64,000 nt of DNA from Macrostomum hystrix. Taxonomy: Eukaryota > Animalia > Platyhelminthes. The DNA is taken from assembly GCA_950097015.1 (NCBI GenBank), contig CATNEN010000038.1, positions 6,758,001-6,822,000 on the forward strand, read 5' to 3'. A model generated the notes under the pieces. It had not been told where the DNA came from. It saw only the letters and a program-made list of their open reading frames with translations, and did not search any database. Made by a program: the position numbers and the translations under genes. This document shows, piece after piece, positions 1 through 13,033 of this stretch; position 1 is the stretch's first letter, and each line of letters opens with the position of its first letter.

Positions 1-630
1 ATGGATTAACCTGGTCAATTAACTGGATAGTCGGAAAATGAGAATAGATGTGAAATTCGACGACTTTTGGGAACAAAAGAATGCAAGACTTTAGCTAATG
101 AGACATCGATTCTGTTGCTTTGAGTGGGATTTGCGATGTACTCAACCGCCTGTGAGCCTCTACATGGGATAATTGAGAAGTAAGGATCAATCAGACACCA
201 CGGGATAATGAGGTGGTTTTCAATTACCCGACTTACCCCATTGCAAACAAATCAAAGATAAATGAAAAGGAGAATTCTAACGCATGATTAATTGATTGGC
301 CAGGAGGTGTCAGATTCGCATGTCTCTTATTAGATTTTTTTGTTTAAACAAGAGCCCAGGACTGACCATTAGGCCTTAATTAATTTGGCTGATCTTTTGA
401 CAGGAGTGTTCTCGTTCAGGAATAAAATATTTTTTGAAAAGTCGATGAGCCAATAAATTACTAGTTTCCGTTTGCTAATTTTCAAATTACTTCAATTCCA
501 AGACGTTTTGTGAAGCTTCATGCAAAATAGACATTGTGATGACATTGGAATTCTCGTAAAGTACGAGCTATGATCTATTGTGAAAATAAAATTTGCATGT
601 GACCTGACATTTGACAGTAATAATTTAGTT

Positions 631-941
631 AATAATAATAATAATAATAATTGATTACACCTGCCCCAATTGGGCCAGATGTGCAGCCGAAAGCACAGCC
701 GCAGCTATTGCGCGGCATATTTGAAGGCTGCGTACGGCTGTTCAGTCCATGGACTGGAGAGAACGCCACACCCACCTTCAATTATCCCAGCTAACACTGG
801 TACCCATTTACCAGCTGGGTGAACCGAACCAATGCAGAGTTAAAGTGTCTTGCTAAAGGACACGAATTGTTCCAGTGGAGTCGGGAATCGAACCTCCGAC
901 CTTCAAGTTGTGAGGGTACAACCTCTACACAGTAACACCTC
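631..941 (-). mobile_element. tRNA-derived SINE with CORE-like central domain
   Basis: Minus strand reads a tRNA-like head with B-box GGTTCGATTCC, then TGTGTCCTTTAGCAAGACACTTTAAC...CACCCAGCTGGTAAATGGGTACC (CORE-SINE-like), ending in an (ATT)n tail at 631-650. Confidence 0.7.
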
Positions 942-1541
942 TTCATTATGTAAGCCATTTTAATTACTTTCGTTTAGTACAAAAAGTCCTGAATTAAAAC
1001 ATTATCTTTTTTTTCTACAGAACTTAACTTGCTTTACTCAAATATGCACCTGTCATAGTTGCATCTACAATAGTTTATAAATATTAGTCCAAGAAATCAA
1101 TAAGTAGTATTATGATATCAGGCATTGCATACATGTATATAGCATATAACCAGAGATTTTCTAAGTTTTAATACAACACTGTGCTTTACTGGAATGTAGC
1201 AAAACTCCGACTGTGGATTATAAACTTACTTTAATGGAATAGCATGTGCGTCATTAGGTGTGTTTAAAGCATTTGATATTAGAAGAGCAATTAAAGCCTT
1301 CCAAATGTGAAATTTAATGTCCACTATTTCATTAGCTAATAACCATGTAAATTGTCGGGAACCCCTACTTCAGCGACCTAAATATTATAGAAAAGTCGAT
1401 TTATATTAGCCAATGAAATAGAAAAGAAAGTACTATGATTTACTGTCGTATAATCCGTAAAAGATTCGAACGAAACAAACTAAACAGACCTACTATGAGT
1501 AGCTTGCATTAAACTAAATCCAAAATGAAATTTAATAGCGT

Positions 1542-3691
1542 CTACTGCTGAGGGCCATAGTAGCCGCCATCGCTGTTCCAGTCTGGTGCAGCACCGGTGC
1601 TGGCTGGCTGCTGCTGCTGCCGCTGCTGCTGCTGCTGCTGCTGACTGTGATTGTTGGCACTGTTTGCGTCGCGGCTGCCGCTTCCGCGTCCACCTGAGAA
1701 CACGGTCAGGATGAGGAAGGCGCCGGAGATGAGAGCGCAGACGAGGGCCCAGCCGAGACGATCCGAGAAAGTCGTGATCCGCGCGACGCTGGCCGCGATG
1801 AGGCCGCTGACGCCTGCGGGGTGTCAAGGGTGTGAGGGAATGGAGTGACAATGGTGTGAGGGAATGGAATGACAAGGGAGGTAGGAATGGAATGACAAGA
1901 GAGGTAGGCAATGGAGTGACAAGGGAGGTAGGAATGGAGTGACAAGGGAGGTAGGAATGGAGTGACAAGGAGGTAGGAATGGAGTGACACCAGGTAGGAA
2001 TGGAGTGACAAGGAGGTATGAATGGAGTGACAAGGGAGGTAGGAATGGAGTGACAAGGAGGTAGGAATGGAGTGACAAGGGAGTTAGGAATGGAGTGCCA
2101 AGGGAGGTAGGAATGGAGTGACAAGGAAGGTAGGAATGGAGTGACAAGGGAGGTAGGAATGGAGTGATAAGGGTGGTAGGAATGGAGTGACAAGGAGGTA
2201 TGAATGGAGTGACAAGGGAGGTAGGAATAGAGTGACAAGGGAGGTAGGAATGGAGTGACAAGGAGGTCGGAATGGAGCGACAAGGAGGTAGGAATGGAGT
2301 GACAAGGGTGGTAGGAATAGAGTGATAAGGGAGGTAGGAATGGAGTGACAAGGGAGGTAGGAATGGAGTGACACCAGGTAGGAATGGAGTGACAAGGGAG
2401 GTAGGAATGGAGTGACACCAGGTAGGAATGGAGTGACAAGGGAGGTAGGAATGGAGTGACAAGGAGGTAGGAATGGAGTGACAAGGGAGGTAGGAATGGA
2501 GTGACAAGGGAGGTAGGAATGGAGTGACAAGGGAGGTAGGAATGGAGTGACAAGGAGGTAGGAATGGAGTGACACCAGGTAGGAATGGAGTGACAAGGAG
2601 GTAGGAATGGAGTGACAAGGGAGGTAGGAATGGAGTGACAAGGAGGTAGGAATGGAGTGACAAGGGAGTTAGGAATGGAGTGACAAGGGAGGTAGGAATG
2701 GAGTGACAAGGGAGGTAGGAATGGAGTGACAAGGGAGGTAGGAATGGAGTGACAAGGGAGGTAGGAATGGAGTGACAAGGAGGTAGGAATGGAGTGACAA
2801 GCGAGGTAGGAATGGAGTGACAAGGAGGTAGGAATGGAGCGACAAGGAGGTAGGAATGGAGTGACAAGGAGGTAGGAATGGAGTGACAAGGAGGTAGGAA
2901 TGGAGTGACAAGGAGGTAGGAATGGAGCGACAAGGAGGTAGGAATGGAGTGACAAGGAGGTAGGAATGGAGTGACAAGCGAGGTAGGAATGGAGTGACAA
3001 GGAGGTAGGAATGGAGCGACAAGGAGGTAGGAATGGAGTGACAAGGAGGTAGGAATGGAGTGACAAGCGAGGTAGGAATGGAGTGACAAGGAGGTAGGAA
3101 TGGAGCGACAAGGAGGTAGGAATGGAGTGACAAGGGAGGTAGGAATGGAGTGACAAGGGAGGTAGGAATGGAGTGACAAGGGAGGTAGGAATGGAGTGAC
3201 ACCAGGTAGGAATGGAGTGACAAGGGAGGTAGGAATGGAGTGACAAGGAGGTAGGAATGGAGCGACAAGGAGGTAGGAATGGAGTGACAAGGGAGGTAGA
3301 AATGGAGTGACAAGGGAGGTAGGAATGGAGTGACAAGGAGGTAGGAATGGAGTGACAAGGGAGGTAGGAATGGAGTGACAAGGAGGTAGGCAATGGAGTG
3401 GTGAGATTCAGTCAGGTAAGGAGGAGAAGGCTCACCCGCCAGCACCATGCAGGCAGCATCGATGAGCAGCACAATGCTGTTGCCGTCGAAGATGTCCAGA
3501 AAAGTGCATGCAAACGTGACGCCAAGTCCCGTATAGTAGGTCAGCAGGCCGATTATAAGGAAGGCGGTCTTGACGTTTTCCAGCTGCGGATCCAACAGAA
3601 AAACATCGCTGGCTGACACCCAGACCACGAACCCGATGGCGGATAGGGCGAAGGCCAGCCGCAGCCACAACGGTCTTTCGTGGAAAATCAT
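1542..3691 (-). CDS. Small four-TM membrane protein (claudin/MARVEL-like topology), 175 aa, 2 exons
   Basis: Exons 3691-3436 and 1813-1542, joined by a phase-1 GTGAG...CCGCAG intron. Spliced: MIFHERPLWLRLAFALSAIGFVVWVSAS...CMVLAG|VSGLIAASVARITTFSDRLGWALVCALISGAFLILTVFSGG...polyQ...GGYYGPQQ*. Four hydrophobic segments. Confidence 0.75.
1836..3400. repeat. Minisatellite, 22-23-bp unit GGAGGTAGGAATGGAGTGACAAG, filling the intron of the 4-TM gene
   Basis: Tandem array directly visible; source of the spurious SLSLHSYLP ORFs. Confidence 0.95.
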
Positions 3692-4194
3692 TTCTACTCA
3701 ATTATAGTTTGGCTCGATATAAACTCAATAATCAGTTAATAGGATTGGTTTCGGCTTGTTTTTCTACTACTTTGAAGCAGCGACTAGGCCAGAGCTGAGA
3801 TCGCTTGTTGTGTTCAGTGGGCAGCAGTTGGCACAGGGTGAGTACGTGCTGGGGTGGAGTGGGAAGAGTTGGCTTGAGAGCTGGGGGCTTCCACTGGACT
3901 GCACTCTTCTATCGGACACATTTAAAACAATCTCGGGCGCCGATTGGCCAGAATTGAACGAGAGAGTGGAAGGGAGCGGCCTTGACTAACGATCCTCACT
4001 TATCTGCTCTGTCCTCTCCTCTCCTCTCCCTGCCTCTCCTAATCTCTTCCCCCAGCTTTGCCACCCTTCCCGTTGCAGCAACTTTCTTCTGCTTTGAGGC
4101 ACCTGCGCGCAGCAACCTCAAATACATGCACTCGGATACTGCATGATCAGCAGCCTGCAGCTGCACAAACTGACTTGGTCTATGCTGCACGTCA

Positions 4195-5156
4195 CTGCAA
4201 TCACCTGCACTGCACACTCACCTGCACTGCATACACACCTGCACTGCACACTCACCTGCACTGCACACTCACCTGCACTGCACACTCACCTGCACTGCAC
4301 ACTCACCTGCACTGCACACATACCTGCACTGCACACTCACCTGCACTGCACACACACCTGCACTGCACACACACCTGCACTGCATACACACCTGCACTGC
4401 ATACACACCTGCACTGCATACACACCTGCACTGCACACACACCTGCACTGCACACACACCTGCACTGCACACACACCTGCACTGCACACACACCTGCACT
4501 GCACACTCACCTGCACTGCACACTCACCTGCACTGCACACTCACCTGCACTGCATACACACCTGCACTGCACACTCACCTGCACTGCACACTCACCTGCA
4601 CTGCACACACACCTGCACTGCACACACACCTGCACTGCATACACACCTGCACTGCATACACACCTGCACTGCACACTCACCTGCACTGCACACTCACCTG
4701 TACTGCACACACACCTGCACTGCATACACACCTGCACTGCACACTCACCTGCACTGCACACACACCTGCACTGCACACTCACCTGCACTGCACACACACC
4801 TGCACTGCATACACACCTGCACTGCACACACACCTGCACTGCACACACACCTGCACTGCACACACACCTGCACTGCATACACACCTGCACTGCACACACA
4901 CCTGCACTGCACACACACCTACACTGCACACACACCTGCACTGCATACACACCTGCACTGCACACACACCTGCACTGCACACTCACCTGCACTGCATACA
5001 CACCTACACTGCACACACACCTGCACTGCATACACACCTGCACTGCACACACACCTGCACTGCACACTCACCTGCACTGCACACACACCTGCACTGCACA
5101 CTCACCTGCACTGCATACACACCTGCACTGCACACACACCTGCACTGCATACACAC
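4195..5156. repeat. Minisatellite, 17-bp unit CACACACCTGCACTGCA
   Basis: Tandem array directly visible. Confidence 0.95.
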
Positions 5157-5537
5157 ATGCAGGTCGTTTGCACCAATTTACTGACAAATTTAGCCCAAAA
5201 AACACCGCCAGTTTTGATTTACTTTTTCAAGACAGGTCAAGTAATTTTCAGCCGGAAGTCGCTTTGTTTTTGAGTCGCCAAACCTAGTTACATTGGACAA
5301 AATATAATGAATTAATATGCATTTCATAAATAGTAAAGACAACTGAACTAAACCGTTATTAGTGCTAGTTAATGAATCACAGAAATGTGCCTGCCAGCTT
5401 CAAACGAATGCGCGCATTTTAAGAGCGCAATTTTGCCAAAAAAGTATAATCTTTTTGTGATTCCTAAGTAGAACACACCTGTAATATACAGTATATACAG
5501 AATACAGGATACCAGTATATTAGTTAAGATACACGTT

Positions 5538-6686
5538 TGTTAGACAAGGGACCCGCCTGTTAGATAAGGGACTCATCTGTTAGATAAGGGACTCGCCTGT
5601 TAGATAAGGCACCCGCCTGTTAGATAAGGGACTCATCTGTAAGACAAGGGACTCGCCTGTTAGATAAGGGACCCGCCTGTTAGATAAGGGACTCATCTGT
5701 TAGATAAGGGACTCGCCTGTTAGATAAGGGACTCATCTGTAAGACAAGGGACTCGCCTGTTAGATAAGAGACTCGCCTGTTAGATAAGGGACTCGCCTGT
5801 TAGATAAGGGACTCGCCTGTTAGATAAGGGACCCGCCTGTTAGATAAGGGACTCATCTGTTAGATAAGGGACTCGCCTGTTAGATAAGGGACCCGCCTGT
5901 TAGATAAGGGACTCGCCTGTTAGATAAGGGACTCGCCTGTTAGATAAGGGACTCGCCTGTTAGATAAGGGACTCGCCTGTTAGATAAGGGACTCGCCTGT
6001 TAGATAAGGGACCCGCCTGTTAGATAAGGGACCCGCCTGTTAGATAAGGGACTCGCCTGTTAGATAAGGGACCCGCCTGTTAGATAAGGGACTCGCCTGT
6101 TAGATAAGGGACTCGCCTGTTAGATAAGGGACTCGCCTGTTAGATAAGGGACTCGCCTGTTAGATAAGGGACTCGCCTGTTAGATAAGGGACTCGCCTGT
6201 TAGATAAGGGGACCCGCCTGTTAGATAAGGGACCCGCCTGTTAGATAAGGGACTCGCCTGTTAGATAAGGGGACCCGCCTGTTAGATAAGGGACCCGCCT
6301 GTTAGATAAGGGACTCATCTGTTAGATAAGGGACTCATCTGTTAGATAAGGGACTCGCCTGTTAGATAAGGGGACCCGCCTGTTAGATAAGGGACTCATC
6401 TGTTAGATAAGGGACTCGCCTTTTAGATAAGGGACCCGCCTGTTAGATAAGGGACTCGCCTGTTAGATAAGGGACCCGCTTGTTAGATAAGGGACCCGCC
6501 TGTTAGATAAGGGGACTCGCCTGTTAGATAAAGGGACTCGCCTGTTAGATAAGGGACTCATCTGTAAGACAAGGGACTCGCCTGTTAGATAAGGGACTCG
6601 CCTGTTAGATAAGGTACTCGCCAGTTAGATAAGGGACCCGCCTGTTAGATAAGGGACCCGCCTGTTAGATAAGGGGACTCGCCTGT
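5538..6686. repeat. Minisatellite, 20-bp unit GTTAGATAAGGGACTCGCCT
   Basis: Tandem array directly visible. Confidence 0.95.
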
Positions 6687-7084
6687 CATCAGAGAACAGA
6701 TTTTTTATTTAAAATTACAGGTAATAAAAGACTAAGCTAAGTACTAAATAACGTTGATAATAGCATCTGACGAGGCTTAATATCAGTTTCATTTTCAAAT
6801 GCCGCTTAAACTACTGCTGAGAAGTAGCAGACAACAACAATGATCATCTGAAAATAAATTATGGAAAGACGAGAATGTCCACTAGCATAAAAACTCTTAA
6901 ACTAATTAAAAAGAACCAATTTTACAAACGTGGATTCGCTAGGGCATGACTTCTGATAATTTCTGGAAAACATAATTTTAGCGAATAATATTTCTGAGAA
7001 CCGGGCTCTCGGTAAATTGGGATTTTGGTTATTTAGAATTTTTATTGTTTGAAACTAATTTCGGATTTCTGTAGTTTGTTATTT

Positions 7085-7420
7085 CTGTAATTTGGGATCC
7101 CTGTAATTTGGGATCTCTGTAATTTGGGATCCCTGTAATTTGGGATCTCTGTAACTTGGGATCTCTGTAATTTGGGATCTCTGTAACTTGGGATCTCTGT
7201 AATTTGGGATCTCTGTAACTTGGGATCTCTGTAATTTGGGATCTCTGTAATTTGGGATCTCTGTAACTTGGGATCTCTGTAATTTGGGATCTCTGTAATT
7301 TGGGATCTCTAGCTGTAGTTTGGGATCTCTGTAATTTGGGATCCCCGTAATTTGGGATCCCTGTAATTTGGGATCCCCGTAATTTGGGATCTCTGTAATT
7401 TGGGATCTCTGTAATTTAGG
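7085..7420. repeat. Minisatellite, ~16-17-bp unit CTCTGTAATTTGGGAT
   Basis: Tandem array directly visible. Confidence 0.9.
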
Positions 7421-7730
7421 ATTTTTTAAAACTTTGTTTTAACTAGAACGTATCAGTTAAATTTGATTAAAAATGCCAATTTCCTTGTCAGCTCGACTTT
7501 GCAGTTCAATCATTTTACTGCTCAAACTGTTCTCAAGCTCCGCGGCCGCAGCAGAGCAGCAGAAGTCTCAGCTGACTGCGTCCCGCCGATCGACTGACGA
7601 CTGACGACTGCAGCTGGCTGCACGCCACCGGGTCTGCTAGCGACGCAACTGAAATTGAAACATTTTTCGTTACATCCTTGATTCTACATACACTAGCAAC
7701 TTGTCGATTTCTAATCAAGTTTGTTTCTGA

Positions 7731-8072
7731 TTAATAATAATAATAATTAATTGTAGGAGGGCTGCGGGCAATGGCACATCATTTGGTGACACTAGACCAT
7801 TTCGCTGACTCCTGAGCACACACGCACACAGATGCCGTACGCAGGCACACGCTCACACAGGTGTGTACATCTGACCTGACTTTCTCATCTTCAGGCAGTG
7901 TTCATTTCACTGTGCCTTGGAAGTTGGCCCTCAAGGGCGTAAATTGAAAGACAAGCCCTTCAAGCCTTCTCTCCGCGGCTGCGCCTCAATTTAATGTGGC
8001 CTCACAGCGGAATCGAGCTCAGGGACCTTAATGCGAGATGCAGACGCGTTAACCGCTCGGCCACACTCACCC
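7731..8072 (-). mobile_element. tRNA-derived SINE (second family), copy A
   Basis: Reverse complement aligns along its length with 16562-16908. A-box TGGCCGAGCGG, B-box-like GAGCTCGATTCC, (ATT)n tail. Confidence 0.8.
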
Positions 8073-8629
8073 CGAAAGACCAATACTATACTGCTGTAGC
8101 TAGCTAACAAAATCGATGTCAAACCACGCCAGCAACACATCAAGGGCCTCCCTCAACTGGGCCGAAGTGAAATTGAATGCCGCCCAGCAGAGCTGGTTGG
8201 CTGCGGCGGCAGAAAAAAAACTTTCTGTACAGGCGGCGTTGCGTGCAGTATGAAAAAGAGCGAGAGAAACTCAGTGAAAGGGCCCCGGTGAATGCTTGAG
8301 CATTGAGTGTCGTAAGTGTTCCGGGCAGCTCTAGGAGCAGTATATTGCTCGTAATATTATAGCTATTTCCGATTTCATTTTCAAAAAGGCACCGGCTTAC
8401 AGACTCCCAGCTTCATCACCGGCCCCTCTGAGCTCATTTATAATCTCCCTATAGGCCTCGCTCTATTGGCGATCTGCCCCTAAGTCGCTATTTATCTGCT
8501 CAAAAGATCGGATTCTGTGCTGCGATTCCTTGGCTAAGAGCGGCAGTTGCTAGAGAAGAGAACAGCAGCTAACGGAAGGAGATATAATGAGCAAAGTTAG
8601 ATGGCCACTTCTAGTGGGATGAAGAGAGT

Positions 8630-9445
8630 GGGGATGGGGAGAGGAAGGGATGCGGAGAGGAATGGATGGGGAGAGGAATGGATGTTGAGAGGAATGGATG
8701 TTCAGAGGAAGGGATGGGGAGAGGAATGGATGTGGAGAGGAAGGGATGGGGAGAGGAATGGATGTTCAGAGGAAGGGATGGGGAGAGGAAGGGATGTTCA
8801 GAGGAAGGGATGGGGAGAGGAATGGATGTGGAGAGGAAGGGATGTGGAGAGGAATGGATGTTGAGAGGAAGGGATGGGGAGAGGAAGGGATGGGGAGAGG
8901 AAGGGATGGGGAGAGGAAGAGATGGGGAGAGGAAGGGATGGGGAGAGGAAGGGGTGGGGAGAGGAAGGGATGTTGTGAGGAATGGATGGGGAGAGGAATG
9001 GATGTGGAGAGGAATGGATGTGGAGAGGAATGGATGGGGAGAGGAATGGATGGGGAGAGGAAGGGATGTTGAGAGGAATGGATGGGGAGAGGAATGGATG
9101 GGGAGAGAAAGGGAAGCGGAGAGGAATGGATGTGGAGAGGAATGGATGTGGAGAGGAAGGGATGGGGAGAGAAATGGATGTGGAGAGGAAGGGATGGGGA
9201 GAGAAATGGATGTGGAGAGGAAGGGATGGGGAGAGGAATGGATGTGGAGAGGAAGGGATGGGGAGAGAAATGGATGTGGAGAGGAAGGGATGGGGAGAGA
9301 AAGGGATGCGGAGAGGAAGGGATGTGGAGAGGAATGGATGTGGAGAGGAAGGGATGGGGAGAGGAAGGGATGGGGAGAGGAATGGATGTGGAGAGGAAGG
9401 GATGGGGAGAGGAAGGGATGCGGAGAGGAAGGGATGTGGAGAGGT
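8630..9445. repeat. Purine-rich minisatellite, 16-bp unit GGGATGGGGAGAGGAA
   Basis: Tandem array directly visible. Confidence 0.95.
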
Positions 9446-9484
9446 GCTGATGGAGGGAGAATCCTATCTGTGCGCTCAATCCTA

Positions 9485-9856
9485 TCAGAGCTCTGACTCA
9501 CGTGACCGACAGATCTCGCTGGTCTCAACCTCGGCCAGGCGGGCGAGTGGCCTGGCTCCGTTGCCATGCGGCGGCTGCTGCAGGGTCATTAGAGACCACA
9601 GCAGGTCCCCGGCCAGATACCACTGCTCCTCTTCTAGAAAGAAATTGTCATCGTCGATGTAAGGTATTTCAGCTTGCGCACCCTGATGGCGCAGAGCCTT
9701 CACCTTCAAAGGCGTTACAGCGTCAGGATAGAGTCGGTCTAGACTGCCGTAGGAGCCCGCCTGTACAGGACCGTTGGTTGCCGTTCCAAGCAGATTGTTT
9801 TGGTCGCATTGGTTGCCATGGAAACGGGATGCAGACGCCGCATGCTGATTGCCCAT
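9485..9856 (-). CDS. Hypothetical 123-aa protein or terminal exon
   Basis: GCCATGG start preceded by an acceptor-like CTAATTCTGCAG; GC-rich; acidic segment IPYIDDDNFFLEEEQW. No recognisable family. Confidence 0.3.
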   Translation of the reverse strand: MGNQHAASASRFHGNQCDQNNLLGTATNGPVQAGSYGSLDRLYPDAVTPLKVKALRHQGAQAEIPYIDDDNFFLEEEQWYLAGDLLWSLMTLQQPPHGNGARPLARLAEVETSEICRSRESEL

Positions 9857-10569
9857 GGCTGCAGAATTAGGACTGCCGGGGGGATTACGCTAACAGCCAA
9901 GCCACGACTGCCTATGAAGTCCAGACAGACTGGGAACTAGAAGGCATTGGCTGACATGCTCGCTGTGGACGAGGCTTTTGAGTGTACACCGCTGCTCACC
10001 CAGCTGTGCACCCCCTTAAGTTCATTCTCACTCGCCCACTCAGCCGAGCAGCCATTTGGTGGCGGTCTGCTTAAAAAACAAGCATTTTTGGGATTCTCAA
10101 CTTTCTTGTCCGAAAACAGCTCCAACAGATCGCATCTCACACCACCTGAGAAGTGCTCAAACAATTTAAGGGTCCGATGCCTCTATCACTCCTTCGTACT
10201 CTCTCTACCTAGTCCTCCTTTATCTAGTAGGTGTTGATCGATCGGACATGAAGATAAAGGTGAGCCCAGCTTCGCCTATTGGCGCTCGCTGGGGTGAAAA
10301 TGTTTGATGAGCCAACCAACCCCAACTCGCGTATGGCTGAATCCGTGAGCATACTATGGACTCAATCGTTTGCCACCAATCTCGCGTACTAGTAAAGGGC
10401 AAGCAATTTCTAGTCGTTGAAATTGTTTGAGTCAGATGATTAATGACTCAGTTGATGTGACAACGCTGTGATGCCTAGAATAACCCCGCTTTATTACGAG
10501 CATAATTACAGTAGTATAGAGCACCAAAATTCTGAAAACATTCCCTACCAACTATCCATGAAAATAACT

Positions 10570-11500
10570 CTTACCTGTCTCATATTCACTGTCACCTGTC
10601 TGATCTTCACTGTCCCCAGTCTGATCTTCACTTTAAACTGTCTGATCTTCACTGTCACCTGTCTGATCTTCACTTTAAACTGTCTGATCTTCACATTAAA
10701 CTGTCTGATCTTCACTGTCACCTGTCTGATCTTCACTGTCACCTGTCTGATCTTCACTTTAAACTGTCTGATCTTCACTGTCACCTGTCTGATCTTCACT
10801 TTAAACTGTCTGATCTTCACTTTAGCCTGTCTGATCTTCCCTTTAACCTGTCTGATCTTCACTTTAAACTGTCTGATCTTCACTCTAGCCTGTCTGATCT
10901 TCACTTTAAACTGTCTGCTCTTCACTCTAGCCTGTCTGATCTTCACTCTAGACTGTCTGATCTTCACTTTAGCCTGTCTGATCTTCACTTTAACCTGTCT
11001 GATCTTCACTTTAAACTGTCTGATCTTCACTGTCACCTGTCTGATATTCACTTTAACCTGTCTGATCTTCACTTTAAACTGTCTGATCTTCACTCTAGCC
11101 TGTCTGATCTTCACTTTAAACTGTCTGATCTTCACTTTAGCCTGTCTGATCTTCACTGTCACCTGTCTGATCTTCACTTTAACCTGTCTGATCTTCACTT
11201 TAAACTGTCTGATCTTCACTCTAGCCTGTCTGATCTTCACTCTAGACTGTCTGATCTTCACTTTAGCCTGTCTGATCTTCACTTTAAACTGTCTGATCTT
11301 CACTGATCTAGCCTGTCTGATCTTCACTGTCACCTGTCTGATCTTCACTTTAACCTGTCTGATCTTCACTTTAAACTGTCTGATCTTCACTCTAGCCTGT
11401 CTGATCTTCACTCTAGCCTGTCTGATCTTCACTTTAAACTGTCTGATCTTCACTTTAGCCTGTCTGATCTTCACTTTAAACTCTCTGATCTTTACTATCC
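10570..11500. repeat. Minisatellite, 21-bp unit CTGTCTGATCTTCACTTTAAA
   Basis: Tandem array directly visible; gives the spurious CLIFTLN/KIRQ ORFs. Confidence 0.95.
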
Positions 11501-11975
11501 CTTGTCTACTTTTTACTCTCAGCTCTGTATTCAGTAGAGCATATTTACAGCTGTTTAACACACATTATGCGCAAAATAGCTAAGTTGGCTGCACACTCGT
11601 AACTACCGTATTCACTTGACTTTTAGCTACAGGTAATGCTAAAAATAAACCTTACTTATTGGCGTGACAGAGCCCAACCCAATCGAAGCACGTACATTGG
11701 ATCTAAATTTAGAATATTTTCCAAATGTGCCACATAAATAATATTTCTGGCCCATTAGCCATGCTTTTTTATTAGAAAATGACGATCGGATCCCCAGGCA
11801 AAGAAAACAACTAGAAATATTTTGTTACTTTTGGCTCTGATGCCATACGTTAGTTTCTAAAATCAGTTTCCCCAGCTTATTTATTGTAAATCTGGTTAAT
11901 CTGTTTAAAGATCATAGCTACTCAGCCAGACGGGGTACCTGAGACAGTTTTTGTCATCTTTCAAATCGAGTCAAG

Positions 11976-12521
11976 ATGAAGACCAACACGGTGGCAGAAC
12001 TGCTGCTGCACCAAGCCCTGCTTCTGCTCAGCGTCTGCTGCTTCAGCGTCGAACTCTTGTTGAGCAGCTTCTTCGATGGACTGAGCTCCGAATACAGCAG
12101 ATACCTGGGCTATATCTGCCCGGTGAGCAGTGTCCTGCTCAGCCTTCTGTGCCTAGCTGTTACCGGCGCGATGCATTTGTCCTGGAGACCGACCAAGGAC
12201 TTCTTCTTCGTCCGAGTTCTGCTGGCGTTAGTTTTACATGCCTGTGCCATCTGCTATCTGGCCCTGACGGTTCTGATTGTCCGGGGCCTGCCTCACATCC
12301 TAGCGGTGGCAGCCGACGCCACTGCCGCTGAAGTGACCAGTGTCCGGCTGGGCATCAACCTGTGGATTGGTGAGGCCGTTGTCAGCGGAGCATCCGCGGT
12401 AGTCTCTGCGGCTTTGTCGTTTCTTAGCTTGGGCCGGCTGGTAATAGCAAGAAAGCAACCCAAAGCTGAGCTGGAGTCCACAATACAGCATTTTTGTGAT
12501 GATAAATGTTGTACTCTATGA
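11976..12521 (+). CDS. Single-exon four-TM membrane protein, 181 aa
   Basis: ATG...TGA ORF with GC-rich codon usage in AT-rich flanks; four hydrophobic ~20-25-aa segments. Confidence 0.7.
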   Translation: MKTNTVAELLLHQALLLLSVCCFSVELLLSSFFDGLSSEYSRYLGYICPVSSVLLSLLCLAVTGAMHLSWRPTKDFFFVRVLLALVLHACAICYLALTVLIVRGLPHILAVAADATAAEVTSVRLGINLWIGEAVVSGASAVVSAALSFLSLGRLVIARKQPKAELESTIQHFCDDKCCTL

Positions 12522-13033
12522 TTTATTACCCAATTTTACAACTCAAAACTTGATTTCTAAGCAGACTGTGCATATTTTTGTACAAAATAGCCAAATACTT
12601 GATGACATCAACTATCCTGCCTCACCCGATTGCTTCGGGTTTACCTGTCAAATGTTTCAATTTAGCGCTAACTAGCTCAAACGTAATGAGCTGCAATATT
12701 TTGCAAATAAAAAAATAATGCAATAACCTCAGAACTTCGACTTCAACTTCGACTTCGACTTCACGAATTACAAATTCGACTAGCGTTTAGCATTACCTAA
12801 CCAATCAAGGGTGCAAGCGAAATGTAATTACTCACAAAATTCGAACAAACGCAATATTACTAATCGTAATATATAGACTCATTTGCACTCTGAAACTGTC
12901 CGAAAATGAAACTGTCTATGGCCAAAACATGGCCTTATTACGAGCTCCCCTGCGTTTCCTTTTTGTGAGAGGCGCCCTATGCTGTGTTACCGCTAATTTG
13001 CCTTGGGTCGCACAAGAATCCGCAAAATAGATC

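Noticed and set aside
1480-3393. Long ORFs (up to 637 aa) with SLSLHSYLP repeats
   Set aside because: Translation of an intronic minisatellite, open in several frames; the real gene splices around it.
4058-5287. His/Cys-rich ORFs resembling a metal-binding protein
   Set aside because: 17-bp unit, not a multiple of 3, open in multiple frames on both strands, with no unique coding flanks.
5538-6686. CRISPR-like appearance of the regular arrays
   Set aside because: No unique spacers, no cas genes, and the context is eukaryotic.
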